A stretch of 64,000 nt of DNA from NCBI GenBank assembly GCA_965205865.1, contig CBDBHR010000024.1, positions 64,001-128,000 of the forward strand, read 5' to 3'. The stretch's first letter is position 1, and each line of letters begins with the position of its first letter. The notes under the pieces are model-generated. The model ran no database searches, was not told the DNA's origin, and saw nothing but the letters and a program-made list of their open reading frames with translations. The DNA comes from a bacterium (GTDB lineage: Bacteria; SAR324; NAC60-12). Positions 1 through 11,057 of this stretch are shown piece after piece. Both the position numbers and the translations under genes were made by a program.

Positions 1-520
1 GGTTATTGCGAATTTCTTGATAATAAAGACGCTCGGATACGTTTCCGGATTGTTCCGGCACCGTGTCGAGATGTTTCTCGAGGATAGAGAGTTTTTCTTC
101 TTTTTCAGGAAGGACGCGTTGTTTGAATGTGAGTTCTTTTCGAGATTCGATGACTTGAATACTTTTCAGAACCGGAAGATCTTCCAGAGTAAAATCAAAG
201 GCCACATGGATGACGCTATCCATCAGATGGGTATTTTGCGTCAAAATTTCAAAAGAATGCGCTGCTTCTAAGTTGACTTCCGCAATTTTTTTTGTCTGCA
301 CTTTAAAATAAGAAGAAGTGACTTCACAGAAAATTTTTTCCCTTTCGACAATATAAGCGTGCAACCGAGTTTTTTCACGCCGCAGTTGCAATTGGGCTTG
401 CCCGGCTTGCAAAAGATTTTTCAACGCGATGATATGCTTGTCTCTCAATTCTGTTTGTTCCAGTAAGCAGAATTGCCGCAGAAAGGGATAGAGTTCAACT
501 GGCGCGTATAGATTATTCAC
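1..520 (-). CDS. Partial CDS running off the left edge; hypothetical protein (weak resemblance to GlnD/GlnE-like N-terminal helices)
   Basis: Manual translation: GTG at 520 preceded by GAAGGAAG, open to base 1 (MNNLYAPVELYPFLRQF...HLMDSVIHVAFDF...). Absent from the ORF track because the stop is outside the window. Confidence 0.6.
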   Translation of the reverse strand, partial: MNNLYAPVELYPFLRQFCLLEQTELRDKHIIALKNLLQAGQAQLQLRREKTRLHAYIVEREKIFCEVTSSYFKVQTKKIAEVNLEAAHSFEILTQNTHLMDSVIHVAFDFTLEDLPVLKSIQVIESRKELTFKQRVLPEKEEKLSILEKHLDTVPEQSGNVSERLYYQEIRNN

Positions 521-727
521 CAAAAACTTCCTTCAAGGATGGTGGAATATAAATGCGGGATTTGGTAAAAACGAACATGAAAGCCACAAAATCAGAGGGA
601 AATTTCACCAAAAACCGACTGGAGATAAAATCGATTTTAACATATAATCATTCCAATAGAAATTGAATCGATGTTATTTGTCGGGAGCAGATCCCATCCC
701 ACTGGAAACTTATTTGAGGAGTGATTC

Positions 728-1417
728 ATGGTTGCAAAAGATTTGGATATTCATAGGGATTTGGAGGAAGGCGATTTGAGCCTGGACGATCCGGATATGA
801 GCGAATTGGATGATGTCACAAGCATTAAATTCGATTTTGACGAAGAGGAGGAACTTATTGAACTGCTGGAAGAAGAAGCCGTCGATGATGACGATGGAGT
901 CGATTTTACGATGAAAATTGCTATGAAAATGGAGGAATCGCCCTCTGAAATCACGTTTGATCAGACGGACTCAGACGATGTTAAAAACTTGCTGAATGAA
1001 AAAAAGCCGGATTTCTCTTCAAATAAAGACGGCGCTTTGACAGTCGGGCCGGATGAAAGCGAAAGCCAATCCGACGTCATGGGAAATGAAATTTCTTTGG
1101 ATACGGAAATAGGAGAAGTAGAGAGTGCCGAAGGCTTTCCGCAACCCCAATCCACAGAAGCAGGTTCTTTGGTTTCGGGAATGGGAAAAGAATTGCTTCT
1201 GAGCATTCAGCATGAATTGGTAGTGGAATTGGGACGAGTCCGCATGAGCGGCTTTGAAATCGCAGAATTGACTTATGGCAGCGTGGTTGAATTGGAAAAA
1301 ATTGCTGGTGATCCGGTGGATCTGGTCATGCAGGGAAAAGTGGTGGCTTATGGAGAAATCGTGCTGATCAATCACAAGAAATTAGGAATCCGTATTATTG
1401 GCATCAACCAGGACTGA
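728..1417 (+). CDS. fliN: FliN/FliM C-terminal (SpoA) domain protein with long acidic N-terminus
   Basis: C-terminal ELVVELGR...GSVVELEKIAGDPVDLVMQGKVVAYGEIV...LGIRI is the SpoA fold; GAGGAG RBS upstream. Confidence 0.75.
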   Translation: MVAKDLDIHRDLEEGDLSLDDPDMSELDDVTSIKFDFDEEEELIELLEEEAVDDDDGVDFTMKIAMKMEESPSEITFDQTDSDDVKNLLNEKKPDFSSNKDGALTVGPDESESQSDVMGNEISLDTEIGEVESAEGFPQPQSTEAGSLVSGMGKELLLSIQHELVVELGRVRMSGFEIAELTYGSVVELEKIAGDPVDLVMQGKVVAYGEIVLINHKKLGIRIIGINQD

Positions 1418-1434
1418 ATCGAAGGTCGAACCTC

Positions 1435-2382
1435 ATGACGGTTGAAATAAACGAGTCGATAGAACTATACGAATTCACTGGCGCCGAGTTGGAGATAGGA
1501 CGTTTCCCTTGGATGGATACTGTTCTGCAGCGTTGGGCGCATTTACTGGAATCAACGCTTTTTGAGCAATTGGGCGTGGCTCTTGAAATCGAAACGCCCC
1601 CGGTCGAATGGATGCGGTTTGAGCAATTTTATACAGGCATCACTCAGCGTCAACCGCTTTATATTTTTGATTCACAAACCCGAGGGCAAGGCATCATCGC
1701 AATCGGCAATAAATTCGCCCATGCCTGTCTGCATCAAAATGATGAAAATCGTCTACGCAATCTGCCTGACTCCTTTCCAAATCTCCACTCCGGAAATCAT
1801 AAAAAACTCCATCACATACTGCAATGCGCGCTGCAGGACTTTGAGAAAAGTTGGACCGGGATTGCGCAGTTCGAATTGACTTTGATTCGCATGACTTCCC
1901 ATCGCTTTCGAGCAAGAATCATGATGTCTCTTGAAAAATGCGTGATCGCCAAACTGGTGTTCCATGGACATGGCTTTTCTACGGATTTGACTTTGTGTTT
2001 CCCTTACTCGAGTCTGGATACGATCTTTCAAAAGTTGGCACGGAAAAAAGTCTTGCCCCCCCAATCAATGAATCACTATTATTCAGAACTACAGGAACAT
2101 TTCTATCAGAAACTCAAAGAGAAAAAATATGAAATGGTAGCCGAGTTCGGCACTGTGGAAGCGACTGCCCGGAAAACTATTCAACCAGGAAAGGTGTTGC
2201 CACTAAATTCCCGTGTGGACAATAAACTGATCCTCAAAATCAATGGCCAGCCCATCCTGATTGGTGATGTGGGACAAGTGGAAAATAATTATGCAGTAAG
2301 GATTTTTGGGAAATACGAAACAAAGGAAGAAACCAACAATCCTGCTCGCAAATTCACTACAATTCAATGGCCTGAAGCTTGA
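1435..2382 (+). CDS. fliM: Flagellar motor switch FliM-like protein (divergent)
   Basis: N-terminal ELYEF..GRFPWMDTV, LCFPYSSLD motif and C-terminal SpoA-like LKINGQPILIGDVGQVENNYAVRI. Confidence 0.7.
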   Translation: MTVEINESIELYEFTGAELEIGRFPWMDTVLQRWAHLLESTLFEQLGVALEIETPPVEWMRFEQFYTGITQRQPLYIFDSQTRGQGIIAIGNKFAHACLHQNDENRLRNLPDSFPNLHSGNHKKLHHILQCALQDFEKSWTGIAQFELTLIRMTSHRFRARIMMSLEKCVIAKLVFHGHGFSTDLTLCFPYSSLDTIFQKLARKKVLPPQSMNHYYSELQEHFYQKLKEKKYEMVAEFGTVEATARKTIQPGKVLPLNSRVDNKLILKINGQPILIGDVGQVENNYAVRIFGKYETKEETNNPARKFTTIQWPEA

Positions 2383-2452
2383 TAGCCTTTGACTCAACCG
2401 CCCTCCCCGGGAAGCGGTCGTCCAGGATTCATGTCGTCATCTTGCCGGATCT

Positions 2453-3313
2453 ATGCCTTTCACGATCCTTCATATTTCCGATCTTCATTTCCATGCCCTA
2501 CCCCGTGGTAGAAAAGAATGGGCTTCCAAGCGAGCTTTGGGAGCTGCCAATATGCTGTTGAGAAAGCGCTGGTTTTATCCTTTAGCACGGGCAGAAAAAC
2601 TCGTACGTACGCTGCAGGAGTACCAATGGGACCACCTCGTTATCAGTGGGGATGTGACAAACCTGGCCTTGGAGGAGGAATTTCAGACCGCATCTCGAGT
2701 GCTGAAACCCCTTTTGAAAGATCCCGAAAAAGTGACGATCGTTCCAGGAAACCATGACCGGTATGTGAAGGAAGTCGACCAATACGATCTTTTCCACCAG
2801 TATTTTGGCGCCTTTTTTGTCCGGCAGACCGGCATTAAAGCGCAACCTTTAACAGAAGACTGGCATTTGGTTGGATGGGACAGCACCCATCCGAATGACT
2901 GGCTCACCGCGTCTGGCACCGTAAAGCGCGAAACGCTATTGGCAACGGATGATTATATCCGGAATCAATCCAATCGTACGCGATTCATCCTGGTTAACCA
3001 CTATCCCCTCTGGTTTCCTGCGGGACACGCCATCAAGCCATCCCATGAACTCCACAACTTAGCCCACGTCCTGCATTGGGTGAAACAGCAATCACGGATT
3101 GCGGTATACCTACACGGACATGTCCATCACAACTGGTCTTATTGTATGCGGCGGCGTGACAGCAACCGTCAAAGCAGACCATTGTATCTGGTCAATTCGG
3201 CGTCATCAACTGCCAAACCGTCCCATTGGGATAGTACCAATTCTCGCCAATCCGCTTTCCACCGGATTCATCTGGCCGGTCCACAAATCGATATAGAAGC
3301 ATTGGATTTTTAG
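2453..3313 (+). CDS. Metallophosphoesterase (calcineurin-like, CpdA/Icc family)
   Basis: Motifs HISDLH, SGDVTN, PGNHD, HGHVH. Confidence 0.9.
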   Translation: MPFTILHISDLHFHALPRGRKEWASKRALGAANMLLRKRWFYPLARAEKLVRTLQEYQWDHLVISGDVTNLALEEEFQTASRVLKPLLKDPEKVTIVPGNHDRYVKEVDQYDLFHQYFGAFFVRQTGIKAQPLTEDWHLVGWDSTHPNDWLTASGTVKRETLLATDDYIRNQSNRTRFILVNHYPLWFPAGHAIKPSHELHNLAHVLHWVKQQSRIAVYLHGHVHHNWSYCMRRRDSNRQSRPLYLVNSASSTAKPSHWDSTNSRQSAFHRIHLAGPQIDIEALDF

Positions 3314-4371
3314 TATCTTTTGCCGAGCGAAGACGACGCGGGATCGTGTAGGAAACATCGTACTCGATGCTGTGGATTGATTTGAAAAAAAGGTGGTCGT
3401 TGCCGGACGCAACGCTCTTGCCGGAATGCGCACCTTTCATAAAACCGGCATCCTTCAGGCAAGTTGCCAAAAGTTGGTACATTACCGGGAATAGGCGTCA
3501 ACTTCCCAACCACTCCACCGTCCGTGCGCTTTTCCTGGGGACGGGATTGTTGCAAGGCTCGCGTGTAAGGATGAGCTGGTGACGCAAACAAACGTTCCGT
3601 GGGCGCCGATTCGACAATCTCACCCGCATACATGACCAAAATACGATCCACCAGATAACTCACCACGTCCAAATCGTGGGAAATGAAAAGCAAAGCCATT
3701 TGAGACTCAGTACGTAATTCTTTCAACTGTTGCAGGATTTGAGCTTGGATGGTGACATCCAGTGCCGTGGTGGGTTCATCGGCAATGAGTAGTTGGGGAT
3801 TGCAGGCCAGAGCCATGGCAATCATCACCCGTTGTCGCATACCTCCCGAGAGTTGATGGGGGTAGTTTTGCGCGCGTTGTTCCGGGGAGGGGATGCCAAC
3901 TTTTACCAACAACTCGATGATTGTTTGTGTTTCGCTCTTCCGGCGGCTTCGGTTCGCTGAATCGGCAATACTCCTCGATCGAGAATGTTCCCTCAGGATT
4001 TCGCGGATTTGATCTCCCACCCGCATGACTGGATTCAACGCAGTCATGGGTTCTTGAAAAATCATAGCAATTTCCCGGCTTCGAATTTTGCGCATTTGCT
4101 TATTTGTGAATGGAAGTAAATTTTTGCCATTCCAGCGAATTTCTCCCTCTATTTGCAGGAGGGGAGGCGTAGGAATCAACTGCAAAATGGCTAAGGCGGT
4201 CATCGATTTTCCACATCCAGATTCCCCCACGATGCCCAGGGCGGCTCCATCATCAAGAGAAAAAGAAATCTGATCCAGAACCTGGATTGGGGAGTTTTCG
4301 ACGGCAATCGTCCGCCGAAACGGTGAACCGGAAGAAAGATAAAGACTGAGATTGTGAATTTGCAGGCTCAT
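3310..4371 (-). CDS. Oligopeptide/dipeptide ABC transporter ATP-binding protein
   Basis: GESGCGKS Walker A, LSGGMRQR signature, [10 protein letters not shown]-terminal GCRF...RC cysteine domain. Confidence 0.95.
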   Translation of the reverse strand: MSLQIHNLSLYLSSGSPFRRTIAVENSPIQVLDQISFSLDDGAALGIVGESGCGKSMTALAILQLIPTPPLLQIEGEIRWNGKNLLPFTNKQMRKIRSREIAMIFQEPMTALNPVMRVGDQIREILREHSRSRSIADSANRSRRKSETQTIIELLVKVGIPSPEQRAQNYPHQLSGGMRQRVMIAMALACNPQLLIADEPTTALDVTIQAQILQQLKELRTESQMALLFISHDLDVVSYLVDRILVMYAGEIVESAPTERLFASPAHPYTRALQQSRPQEKRTDGGVVGKLTPIPGNVPTFGNLPEGCRFYERCAFRQERCVRQRPPFFQINPQHRVRCFLHDPASSSLGKRY

Positions 4372-5183
4372 GAATGGGTTTTTGGGTCAAAAAAGTCACG
4401 CAACGCGTCTCCCAATACATTGCAAAGCAACACCACCAGCATGATGGCCAATCCCGGAAAAATGGAAACGAAAGGCGCTTCGATCAGAACGTCCTTGCCT
4501 TCGGAGAGCATTGTTCCCCAGCTTGGAGTTCCGGGAGGCACTCCCAGTCCCAGGAAACTGAGACTGGATTCCGCAATTATAGCGCCTGCCAAGTTGAAAG
4601 TAGCTTGTACAATGACGGGTTGCATGATATTGGGCAGAATATGACGCGCCATCGTTTGTTTGTCAGAAATGCCGGAGGTCCGGGCAGCAAGGATAAAATC
4701 TTGCTCTCTCACAGAAAGCACTTGACCGCGGACTAACCTTGCATAACTGACCCATCCCTGGACGGTCAAGGCGATTATCACATTGTTCAAATTGGGACCC
4801 AGTACCGCTACAAGGGCTATAGCCAATAAAAGCCCCGGAAATGCGAGTAGAATATCGACGATGCGCATCAACAGGTTATCCAGCCATTTTCCGTAATATC
4901 CCGAGATCAACCCTATTGCCGTACCAAAAACTCCGGAAATGCAGATGACCCAAAATCCAACGTACAAGGAAATACGTCCTCCAAAGAGGAGACGGCTCAA
5001 AATGTCGCTCCCGTTTTGATCCTGACCCAGAGGATGTTCCCAGGAAGGAGGGCGCATTTGTTCACTGAGAGAAATGCTTTCCGGGTCATATGGGGCAATC
5101 CAGGGAGCCAGCAGGGCAGGAACCACAAATGCGAGGAGCAATGTCAAACTGAGCCAGAATATTCGGGGATTGCGCCACATCAT
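4368..5183 (-). CDS. Peptide ABC transporter permease (DppC/OppC-like)
   Basis: HPLGQDQNGSDILSRLLFGGRISL, HILPN, SLSFLGLG, GDALRDFFDP. Confidence 0.95.
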   Translation of the reverse strand: MMWRNPRIFWLSLTLLLAFVVPALLAPWIAPYDPESISLSEQMRPPSWEHPLGQDQNGSDILSRLLFGGRISLYVGFWVICISGVFGTAIGLISGYYGKWLDNLLMRIVDILLAFPGLLLAIALVAVLGPNLNNVIIALTVQGWVSYARLVRGQVLSVREQDFILAARTSGISDKQTMARHILPNIMQPVIVQATFNLAGAIIAESSLSFLGLGVPPGTPSWGTMLSEGKDVLIEAPFVSIFPGLAIMLVVLLCNVLGDALRDFFDPKTHS

Positions 5184-6100
5184 TGCAAACGGACCCTGGG
5201 ATCGATGAAAGCGTAGGAAAGATCAGTGAACAGATTGATCAAAACATAACTGCAGGCAATGAACATCACACATCCTTGCACCAGGGTGTAATCGCGGGTT
5301 TGAATCCCTTCAATGAGGAGCAAACCCAAACCAGGCCAATCGAAAATGTACTCTGTGATGATGGCTCCGGACAAGAGCACGCCCACTTGCAGTCCAATAA
5401 TCGTGATCACCGGAATGAGTGCGTTTCGGAATGCGTGCCGAAAAACAATTTGAAATTCGGAAATGCCTTTGGCAGTGGCGGTGCGAATATAGTCGGCTCC
5501 TAGAGTCTCGATCACTGAGGATCGCGTGATGCGGGATAGAATGGAAGCCAAGGCGGTGCCCAAGGTAATGGCAGGCAGGATTAAATGCAATAACGTTCCT
5601 CGTTCGTTGACTGGAAGCCAGTCCAGTTGAATGGCAAAGATCAAGATCAGCATTGGCCCCAACCAAAAATTAGGAATGGAAACGCCAAACAGTGAAAAAA
5701 GCATAGCAGTCGAGTCTATCCAGCTTCCCCGCTTAACCGCCGATATCAATCCCAAGGGAATGGCCAGCGCGATGGCGATAATCATTGCTCCGACCATCAA
5801 TTCAACAGTTGCGGGAAAACGTTCTAATATTGCGCTCAATACTGGTTCCCGGCTGTGAATGGAGTCACCCAAATTGCCGGTGAACAAGCCTTGCAGGTAG
5901 CTTGAATATTGTTTGTAGAGCGGCTGATTCAATCCCAACTGTTCGCGCAATTGCGCTTTATCTGTTGAAAACGCCGAGTCCCCCAACATCAATTCCACCG
6001 GATCTCCGGGGATGAGATGGATCAAAAAAAAGACAAGCGTGGTTACCCCTAATAGAACGGGAAAGAGCAGTAGTAAACGCCGGATGATAAAACTGATCAT
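5180..6100 (-). CDS. Peptide ABC transporter permease (DppB/OppB/NikB-like)
   Basis: Probable start MISFIIRRLL at 6100; IPGDP, PNFWLG, HAFRNALIP, DPRVR. Confidence 0.95.
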   Translation of the reverse strand: MISFIIRRLLLLFPVLLGVTTLVFFLIHLIPGDPVELMLGDSAFSTDKAQLREQLGLNQPLYKQYSSYLQGLFTGNLGDSIHSREPVLSAILERFPATVELMVGAMIIAIALAIPLGLISAVKRGSWIDSTAMLFSLFGVSIPNFWLGPMLILIFAIQLDWLPVNERGTLLHLILPAITLGTALASILSRITRSSVIETLGADYIRTATAKGISEFQIVFRHAFRNALIPVITIIGLQVGVLLSGAIITEYIFDWPGLGLLLIEGIQTRDYTLVQGCVMFIACSYVLINLFTDLSYAFIDPRVRLQ

Positions 6101-6411
6101 AGTCAACTCCGTTCGTCTTCGCTCACGCTTAGGAACAAACCTTAAATAACCTGTAATTCTTCCAATGGTGTGAGCAAAATTGGGGGACATGTACACCGCT
6201 GCGCATCCCAACTCTACTGTTTTATACCTGCTGTTACGTGTCCCCTAATTTTGCGTATCCATACTTCTAACTTATTTAAATTTCATTCCTTAAATACCTG
6301 GAGGAAAGAGGATCAACACCGGAAAGTGAGAGAATTCAAATATGATCCAGGGCACTGGAAGAAGCATTTTGACGAAGGGCCTCTCCGCATGCTTTGGTGT
6401 CACTCATCTAT

Positions 6412-7032
6412 TTATGGAATCCATGCCCACGGTGTCTTTTTCCGGTAATTGGTCTCAAAGGTGGTAATCAGACTTTCATACTGAAGGGTCCAGCCTATGT
6501 CGTCCATTCCCTTCAATAGACGCTCTTTAGTAAAGGGATCGATTTCAAAATCAAAATTCCGTCCGCAGGGGGTTGCCACCTGTTGTTGTTGCAGATCTAT
6601 CGTGAGTCGACATCCCTCATGCGCTTCTATTTCTTGGAAAAGCATTTCTACTTGAGCAGTGGGCAGTGCGACTGGAAGAATACCGTTTTTGAAGCAGTTG
6701 TTGTAAAAAATATCAGCAAAGCTGGGAGCGATGATGGAATGGAATCCATACTCCAACAAGGCCCAGGGCGCATGTTCGCGGCTGGAGCCACAACCGAAAT
6801 TTTCACGAGTGACAAGAATTTGGGCACCTTGATAGCGGGCATGATTGAGAGGAAAATCCTGGTTGGGTTGCCTCCCTCCATCGTCCAAATAGCGCCAATC
6901 ATGAAAGAGGTGCTGTCCAAATCCGGTACGTTCTATTTTTTTCAGGAATTGCTTGGGGATGATCTGATCGGTGTCCACGTCGATACGATCCAGTAATGCC
7001 GCCAGAGCAGTCAGGGTTGTAAAGGCTTGCAT
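6412..7032 (-). CDS. leuD: 3-isopropylmalate dehydratase small subunit
   Basis: [35 protein letters not shown]. Confidence 0.98.
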   Translation of the reverse strand: MQAFTTLTALAALLDRIDVDTDQIIPKQFLKKIERTGFGQHLFHDWRYLDDGGRQPNQDFPLNHARYQGAQILVTRENFGCGSSREHAPWALLEYGFHSIIAPSFADIFYNNCFKNGILPVALPTAQVEMLFQEIEAHEGCRLTIDLQQQQVATPCGRNFDFEIDPFTKERLLKGMDDIGWTLQYESLITTFETNYRKKTPWAWIP

Positions 7033-7235
7033 GGTTTAATTCCTTTTCATGAGGGAACGAAAATTAATTACCAGCCCCCTTTTTGTCGAATGGGGGAATG
7101 AGTTTTAATTGCAAATTTCCCTCCTGGAAGGGGTAGGGGCGGGTTTCTTGGCGAACATCTCAAATTTGACCGTCCCCTTCACTCCCCGGAAAGGATTCTT
7201 GCTACTAACGGGAGAAACGAGTTTCCAGTCGGACA

Positions 7236-8633
7236 CTACTCGAAAGAGCGAATGTCCGCGAAATGGCCGGTAACTGCGGCAGCTGCCGCCATCAGGGGGC
7301 TGACAAGGTGGGTTCTTCCACCTTTGCCCTGACGGCCTTCAAAGTTTCGATTGCTTGTCGAGGCGCACCGTTCCCCGGGTTTGAGTTGATCGTCATTCAT
7401 GGCCAAACACATAGAACATCCTGGCTGTCGCCACTCAAAACCGGCATTTTTAAAAATTATGTCCAATCCTTCCTCTTCCGCCTGTTGTTTGACATGACCA
7501 CTTCCCGGAACAATCATGGCATTGACGGTGGAGGCAACCATTTTGCCTTTGACAAATTGAGCAACTGCGCGCAGGTCTTCGATACGTGAGTTGGTGCAGG
7601 AGCCAATGAAAACCTGGTCAATCGTAATAGTATTGATTGGCGTGTTGGGCTGCAAGTCCATGTATTTCAAAGCCGATTCGATGGCTTTTCGGCGCTCCGG
7701 GTCTTCTATTTCGGCAGGGTTCGGGACTTTTCCATTGATATCCGTCACCATCCCCGGATTGGTGCCCCAGGTGACCTGAGGCAATATTTCCTCAGCCGTC
7801 ATCTCCACGACCGAATCAAAATGAGCATCTTTGTCAGAGAGAAGTTGTTGCCAGGATTCCACGGCCCTGACAAATTGGTCCCCCCGGGGAGCAAAGGGAC
7901 GTCCACGCAGATACTCGAATGTTTTTTCATCCGGCGCAACCAACCCGGCGCGCGCGCCCGCTTCAATAGTCATGTTGCAGAGCGTCATGCGAGCTTCCAT
8001 GGAGAGATGGCGAACTGTTTCTCCCGCATATTCAATCACGTAACCCGTTCCTCCCCGGGTACCGATTTTTCCGATCAGGGCTAGAATGATATCCTTGGAA
8101 GTGACGTTGTCACTCAGACCTCCATTGACCTGAACCAACATGGACTTGGCTTTTTTTTGCTGCAGGGTTTGTGTGGCCAGCACATGTTCCACTTCGGAAG
8201 TACCAATCCCAAAAGCCAAAGCCCCAAAAGCGCCATGGGTGGAAGTGTGCGAGTCTCCACACACGATGGTCAATCCCGGCAAGGTCAACCCTTGTTCCGG
8301 CATAACGACATGCACGATACCTTGTCTGACATCTCCTAAATCGAACAAGCTAATGCCAAAATCTTTGCAATTATGCCGCAGCGTTTCCACCTGTTTTGCA
8401 GAAATCGGATCTTGAATTGGCTTGTCCTGATCGATTGTCGGTACATTATGGTCTTGGACGGCAAAGGTGACTCGGGGGCGACGGACCTTCCGCTGGGCAA
8501 GCCGCAACCCCTCAAATGCCTGAGGTGAGGTCACTTCATGAACGAGATGCCGGTCAATATACAGAATGGCGTTTCCATTCTCTTCATGAACTACATGAGC
8601 ATCCCAAATTTTTTCAAACATGGTTTTTCTCAT
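7236..8633 (-). CDS. leuC: 3-isopropylmalate dehydratase large subunit
   Basis: [49 protein letters not shown]. Confidence 0.98.
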   Translation of the reverse strand: MRKTMFEKIWDAHVVHEENGNAILYIDRHLVHEVTSPQAFEGLRLAQRKVRRPRVTFAVQDHNVPTIDQDKPIQDPISAKQVETLRHNCKDFGISLFDLGDVRQGIVHVVMPEQGLTLPGLTIVCGDSHTSTHGAFGALAFGIGTSEVEHVLATQTLQQKKAKSMLVQVNGGLSDNVTSKDIILALIGKIGTRGGTGYVIEYAGETVRHLSMEARMTLCNMTIEAGARAGLVAPDEKTFEYLRGRPFAPRGDQFVRAVESWQQLLSDKDAHFDSVVEMTAEEILPQVTWGTNPGMVTDINGKVPNPAEIEDPERRKAIESALKYMDLQPNTPINTITIDQVFIGSCTNSRIEDLRAVAQFVKGKMVASTVNAMIVPGSGHVKQQAEEEGLDIIFKNAGFEWRQPGCSMCLAMNDDQLKPGERCASTSNRNFEGRQGKGGRTHLVSPLMAAAAAVTGHFADIRSFE

Positions 8634-8859
8634 TTTTCTCTCTTCTCGGGTAATCGTGAAAGTTGGGTTGCATCTACAAAACGTCAGTGTATTTCAGGTT
8701 TCCGTGAGGAAGGGGGGACAATGACAAATAGAGATTTGTAATTAGCATTTATAATAAAATCAAAGTAATATTGTAGCCCATTCGAACAGGATTCTCAATG
8801 AAATAACTCGGGTAACCGGCCTGTTCATTGCTTCAGACTGGCAGGAAAATTTACGCAAG

Positions 8860-9642
8860 ATGAATAAAGTCATTGTTTCTTTTCTTATACTGGGTGGGCT
8901 CCCGGCATTGTATTGGATCTGGCTGTTTTACACTTCCAACCGCTATAAGCGCTCCAGCATCAAGCTGTTGGTTTTGCTTTTCTTGGGGGGGATGTTGTGC
9001 GGTCTACTGGCTTTGACTCTCAATCACATCATCGAAAAATACACGATATTTTGGTCAGGAGCCCAGGAAACTGTATTCCTGCTGAACATGTTCCCGCCGA
9101 TTCCGTTGTATCGTCTGGGATTTTGGCTGATGGTTGGTTTCAATGAGGAATTTGCAAAATTGGTCGTGCTTCTTCTTCTTGCCTATCCATCTCGGGATTT
9201 TCAAGAGCGATTTGACGGGGTGCTTTATGCAGCTGTAGTCGCCTTGGGATTTGCCACTATTGAAAATGCATTTTATATAAAGCAGTATGGCATGTCGATA
9301 TTGATCACCCGCACGTTGATCACACTCCCCACCCATATTTTCATGAGTGCTATCATGGGGTATTTTATGGCACAATCTCAATTTGCCCTCAAGCAGGCCT
9401 CCGGAAGGGAATTGATATATTGGCCTTCTATCCGACTTATTATACTAGGCTGGGCTATTGCGGCTCTCCTTCATGCCAGCTACGACAGCCTTCTTTCACT
9501 GAATTTGAATGAATTGGCATACGCTCAATTATTGATTATGGGGGCAGTGACGATTTACCTCAGACGTCGATGTCTTCAGCAATCCGAATTCGCCCCTTCC
9601 GTTGCAGGTAGCCCGGCAGCGGTGTCTCATAAGAACGGTTAG
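8860..9642 (+). CDS. PrsW-family intramembrane glutamic metalloprotease
   Basis: EEFAK, ALGFATIEN, H..MSAIMG and LLHASYD motifs in a multi-TM protein. Confidence 0.9.
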   Translation: MNKVIVSFLILGGLPALYWIWLFYTSNRYKRSSIKLLVLLFLGGMLCGLLALTLNHIIEKYTIFWSGAQETVFLLNMFPPIPLYRLGFWLMVGFNEEFAKLVVLLLLAYPSRDFQERFDGVLYAAVVALGFATIENAFYIKQYGMSILITRTLITLPTHIFMSAIMGYFMAQSQFALKQASGRELIYWPSIRLIILGWAIAALLHASYDSLLSLNLNELAYAQLLIMGAVTIYLRRRCLQQSEFAPSVAGSPAAVSHKNG

Positions 9643-9693
9643 GATCAAGATCATTTTCACCGGATCTCGAGATTTCTAAATTGGCGCGGATGC

Positions 9694-9804
9694 TCAAAAA
9701 TGATTGGAACCGTGGTTTTCCTTCCAATGTTCATCCAAGACAAACGCGACCACTCCTAATACGCAAGCACCTGCAGTAATGGCAAGAATTACCGACAATA
9801 CCAT
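9694..9804 (-). CDS. Small single-pass membrane protein (36 aa)
   Basis: ATG at 9804 with GGGAG upstream; MVLSVILAITAGACVLGVVAFVLDEHWKENHGSNHF. Confidence 0.4.
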   Translation of the reverse strand: MVLSVILAITAGACVLGVVAFVLDEHWKENHGSNHF

Positions 9805-9923
9805 CGAAAGTCTCCCGAATATTTTTTTTGAAATACGCCAAGCTCGATGTCCCTGAATTATGGACACGGTACCGGTCGAAATTTTCCGAATACTCAACAA
9901 TATCACGATGCCCCTCGGAGGGG

Positions 9924-11057
9924 CTAACGGGAAGTGCTATACTCTTTCAAGGTCTCCAGGGAAGCCATCAGGATATTGTGTAGTCGAGGACGGAATGTTT
10001 GCATTTCCGCCAGTTTTCTTTCACGCGAAATATGCACCCGGTTGGTCAAGGCAATGACAGCAATCCGGGACGGAATATTTATCCAGACCGAGGTTCCTGT
10101 GAATCCGGTATGTCCGATGCTTCCTGGAGGAAAAAGGCCCCCGCAACTCATATTCCCTCCGCTTTCTCTCTTCATATCCCATCCCAGACCTCGTGGGTCG
10201 ACATTTGGTGGATTGTGATTGTTTACCATGCTTCGCACCGATGAGGGGGATAGCACTCGCGCACCTTCCAGTTCACCTTCATTAAAAATCATTTGACAAA
10301 AGCGGTAGATTTCCAACGCCTGGGAAAAAAGCCCGGCATTGCCTCCTTCTTCTTCAAAAATGTAGCAGTTCTCATCATGCACGACTCCCCGTAATAGTTT
10401 GTTGCGGAAGGGACAATATTGAGTCGGGGCGATGCTGGCTTCCTCAATAATTCTCAGAGGTCTGAAACAAGTTGAATGCATTCGAAGTGGTTTAAAAATA
10501 TGAGTCTCGGTAAACCGAGCCAGACCCTGATGGGTCAGGCGATTAATGATTTCCCCCAATATGAGAAAGCCCAAGCAACTATAGACCATCTGCCGGCCAG
10601 GGAGACCTTCAAGAGGAATGGAGATAAGCTGTTGCCATGCGTCTTTTTTATTTGTGGCATCTTCGTAGAGATTTGCCCATGCCGGCAATCCCGAAGTATG
10701 GGTAAGCAAATGCCGAAGGGTGACGTTGCCTTTCTCTTCAGTTCCGAATTCCGGAATGAATGCCTCCACAGGATCATCCAGGTTCAGCAAGCCCTGCTCT
10801 TGTAGAATCATGATTGCAGTGGCAGTGGCGATTGGTTTGGTCATCGAGGCAATATCAAATATCGTGTTGAGGGGAAGAGTTGGCGCGTTTTTACCAATTT
10901 CCAACTTTCCCCAGGTCTGATGCAGGAAGATTTCTCCCTGTGCCGCAAATAAGAGCTCAATGCCGGGAAACACGCCTTCACGCAGTTGCTGCCGGATCAA
11001 ATCTTCCAGGTAATGATACCAGGTCCGCATGAAATCGACTTTGATGATATTGCCCAT
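9924..11057 (-). CDS. Serine hydrolase, beta-lactamase/AmpC-like family
   Basis: SMTK (SxxK), LLTHTSGL, YS, GHTGFTGT. Confidence 0.92.
   Translation of the reverse strand: MGNIIKVDFMRTWYHYLEDLIRQQLREGVFPGIELLFAAQGEIFLHQTWGKLEIGKNAPTLPLNTIFDIASMTKPIATATAIMILQEQGLLNLDDPVEAFIPEFGTEEKGNVTLRHLLTHTSGLPAWANLYEDATNKKDAWQQLISIPLEGLPGRQMVYSCLGFLILGEIINRLTHQGLARFTETHIFKPLRMHSTCFRPLRIIEEASIAPTQYCPFRNKLLRGVVHDENCYIFEEEGGNAGLFSQALEIYRFCQMIFNEGELEGARVLSPSSVRSMVNNHNPPNVDPRGLGWDMKRESGGNMSCGGLFPPGSIGHTGFTGTSVWINIPSRIAVIALTNRVHISRERKLAEMQTFRPRLHNILMASLETLKEYSTSR

Noticed and set aside
8634-8860. Leucine attenuator upstream of leuC
   Set aside because: No Leu-rich leader peptide or terminator hairpin found.
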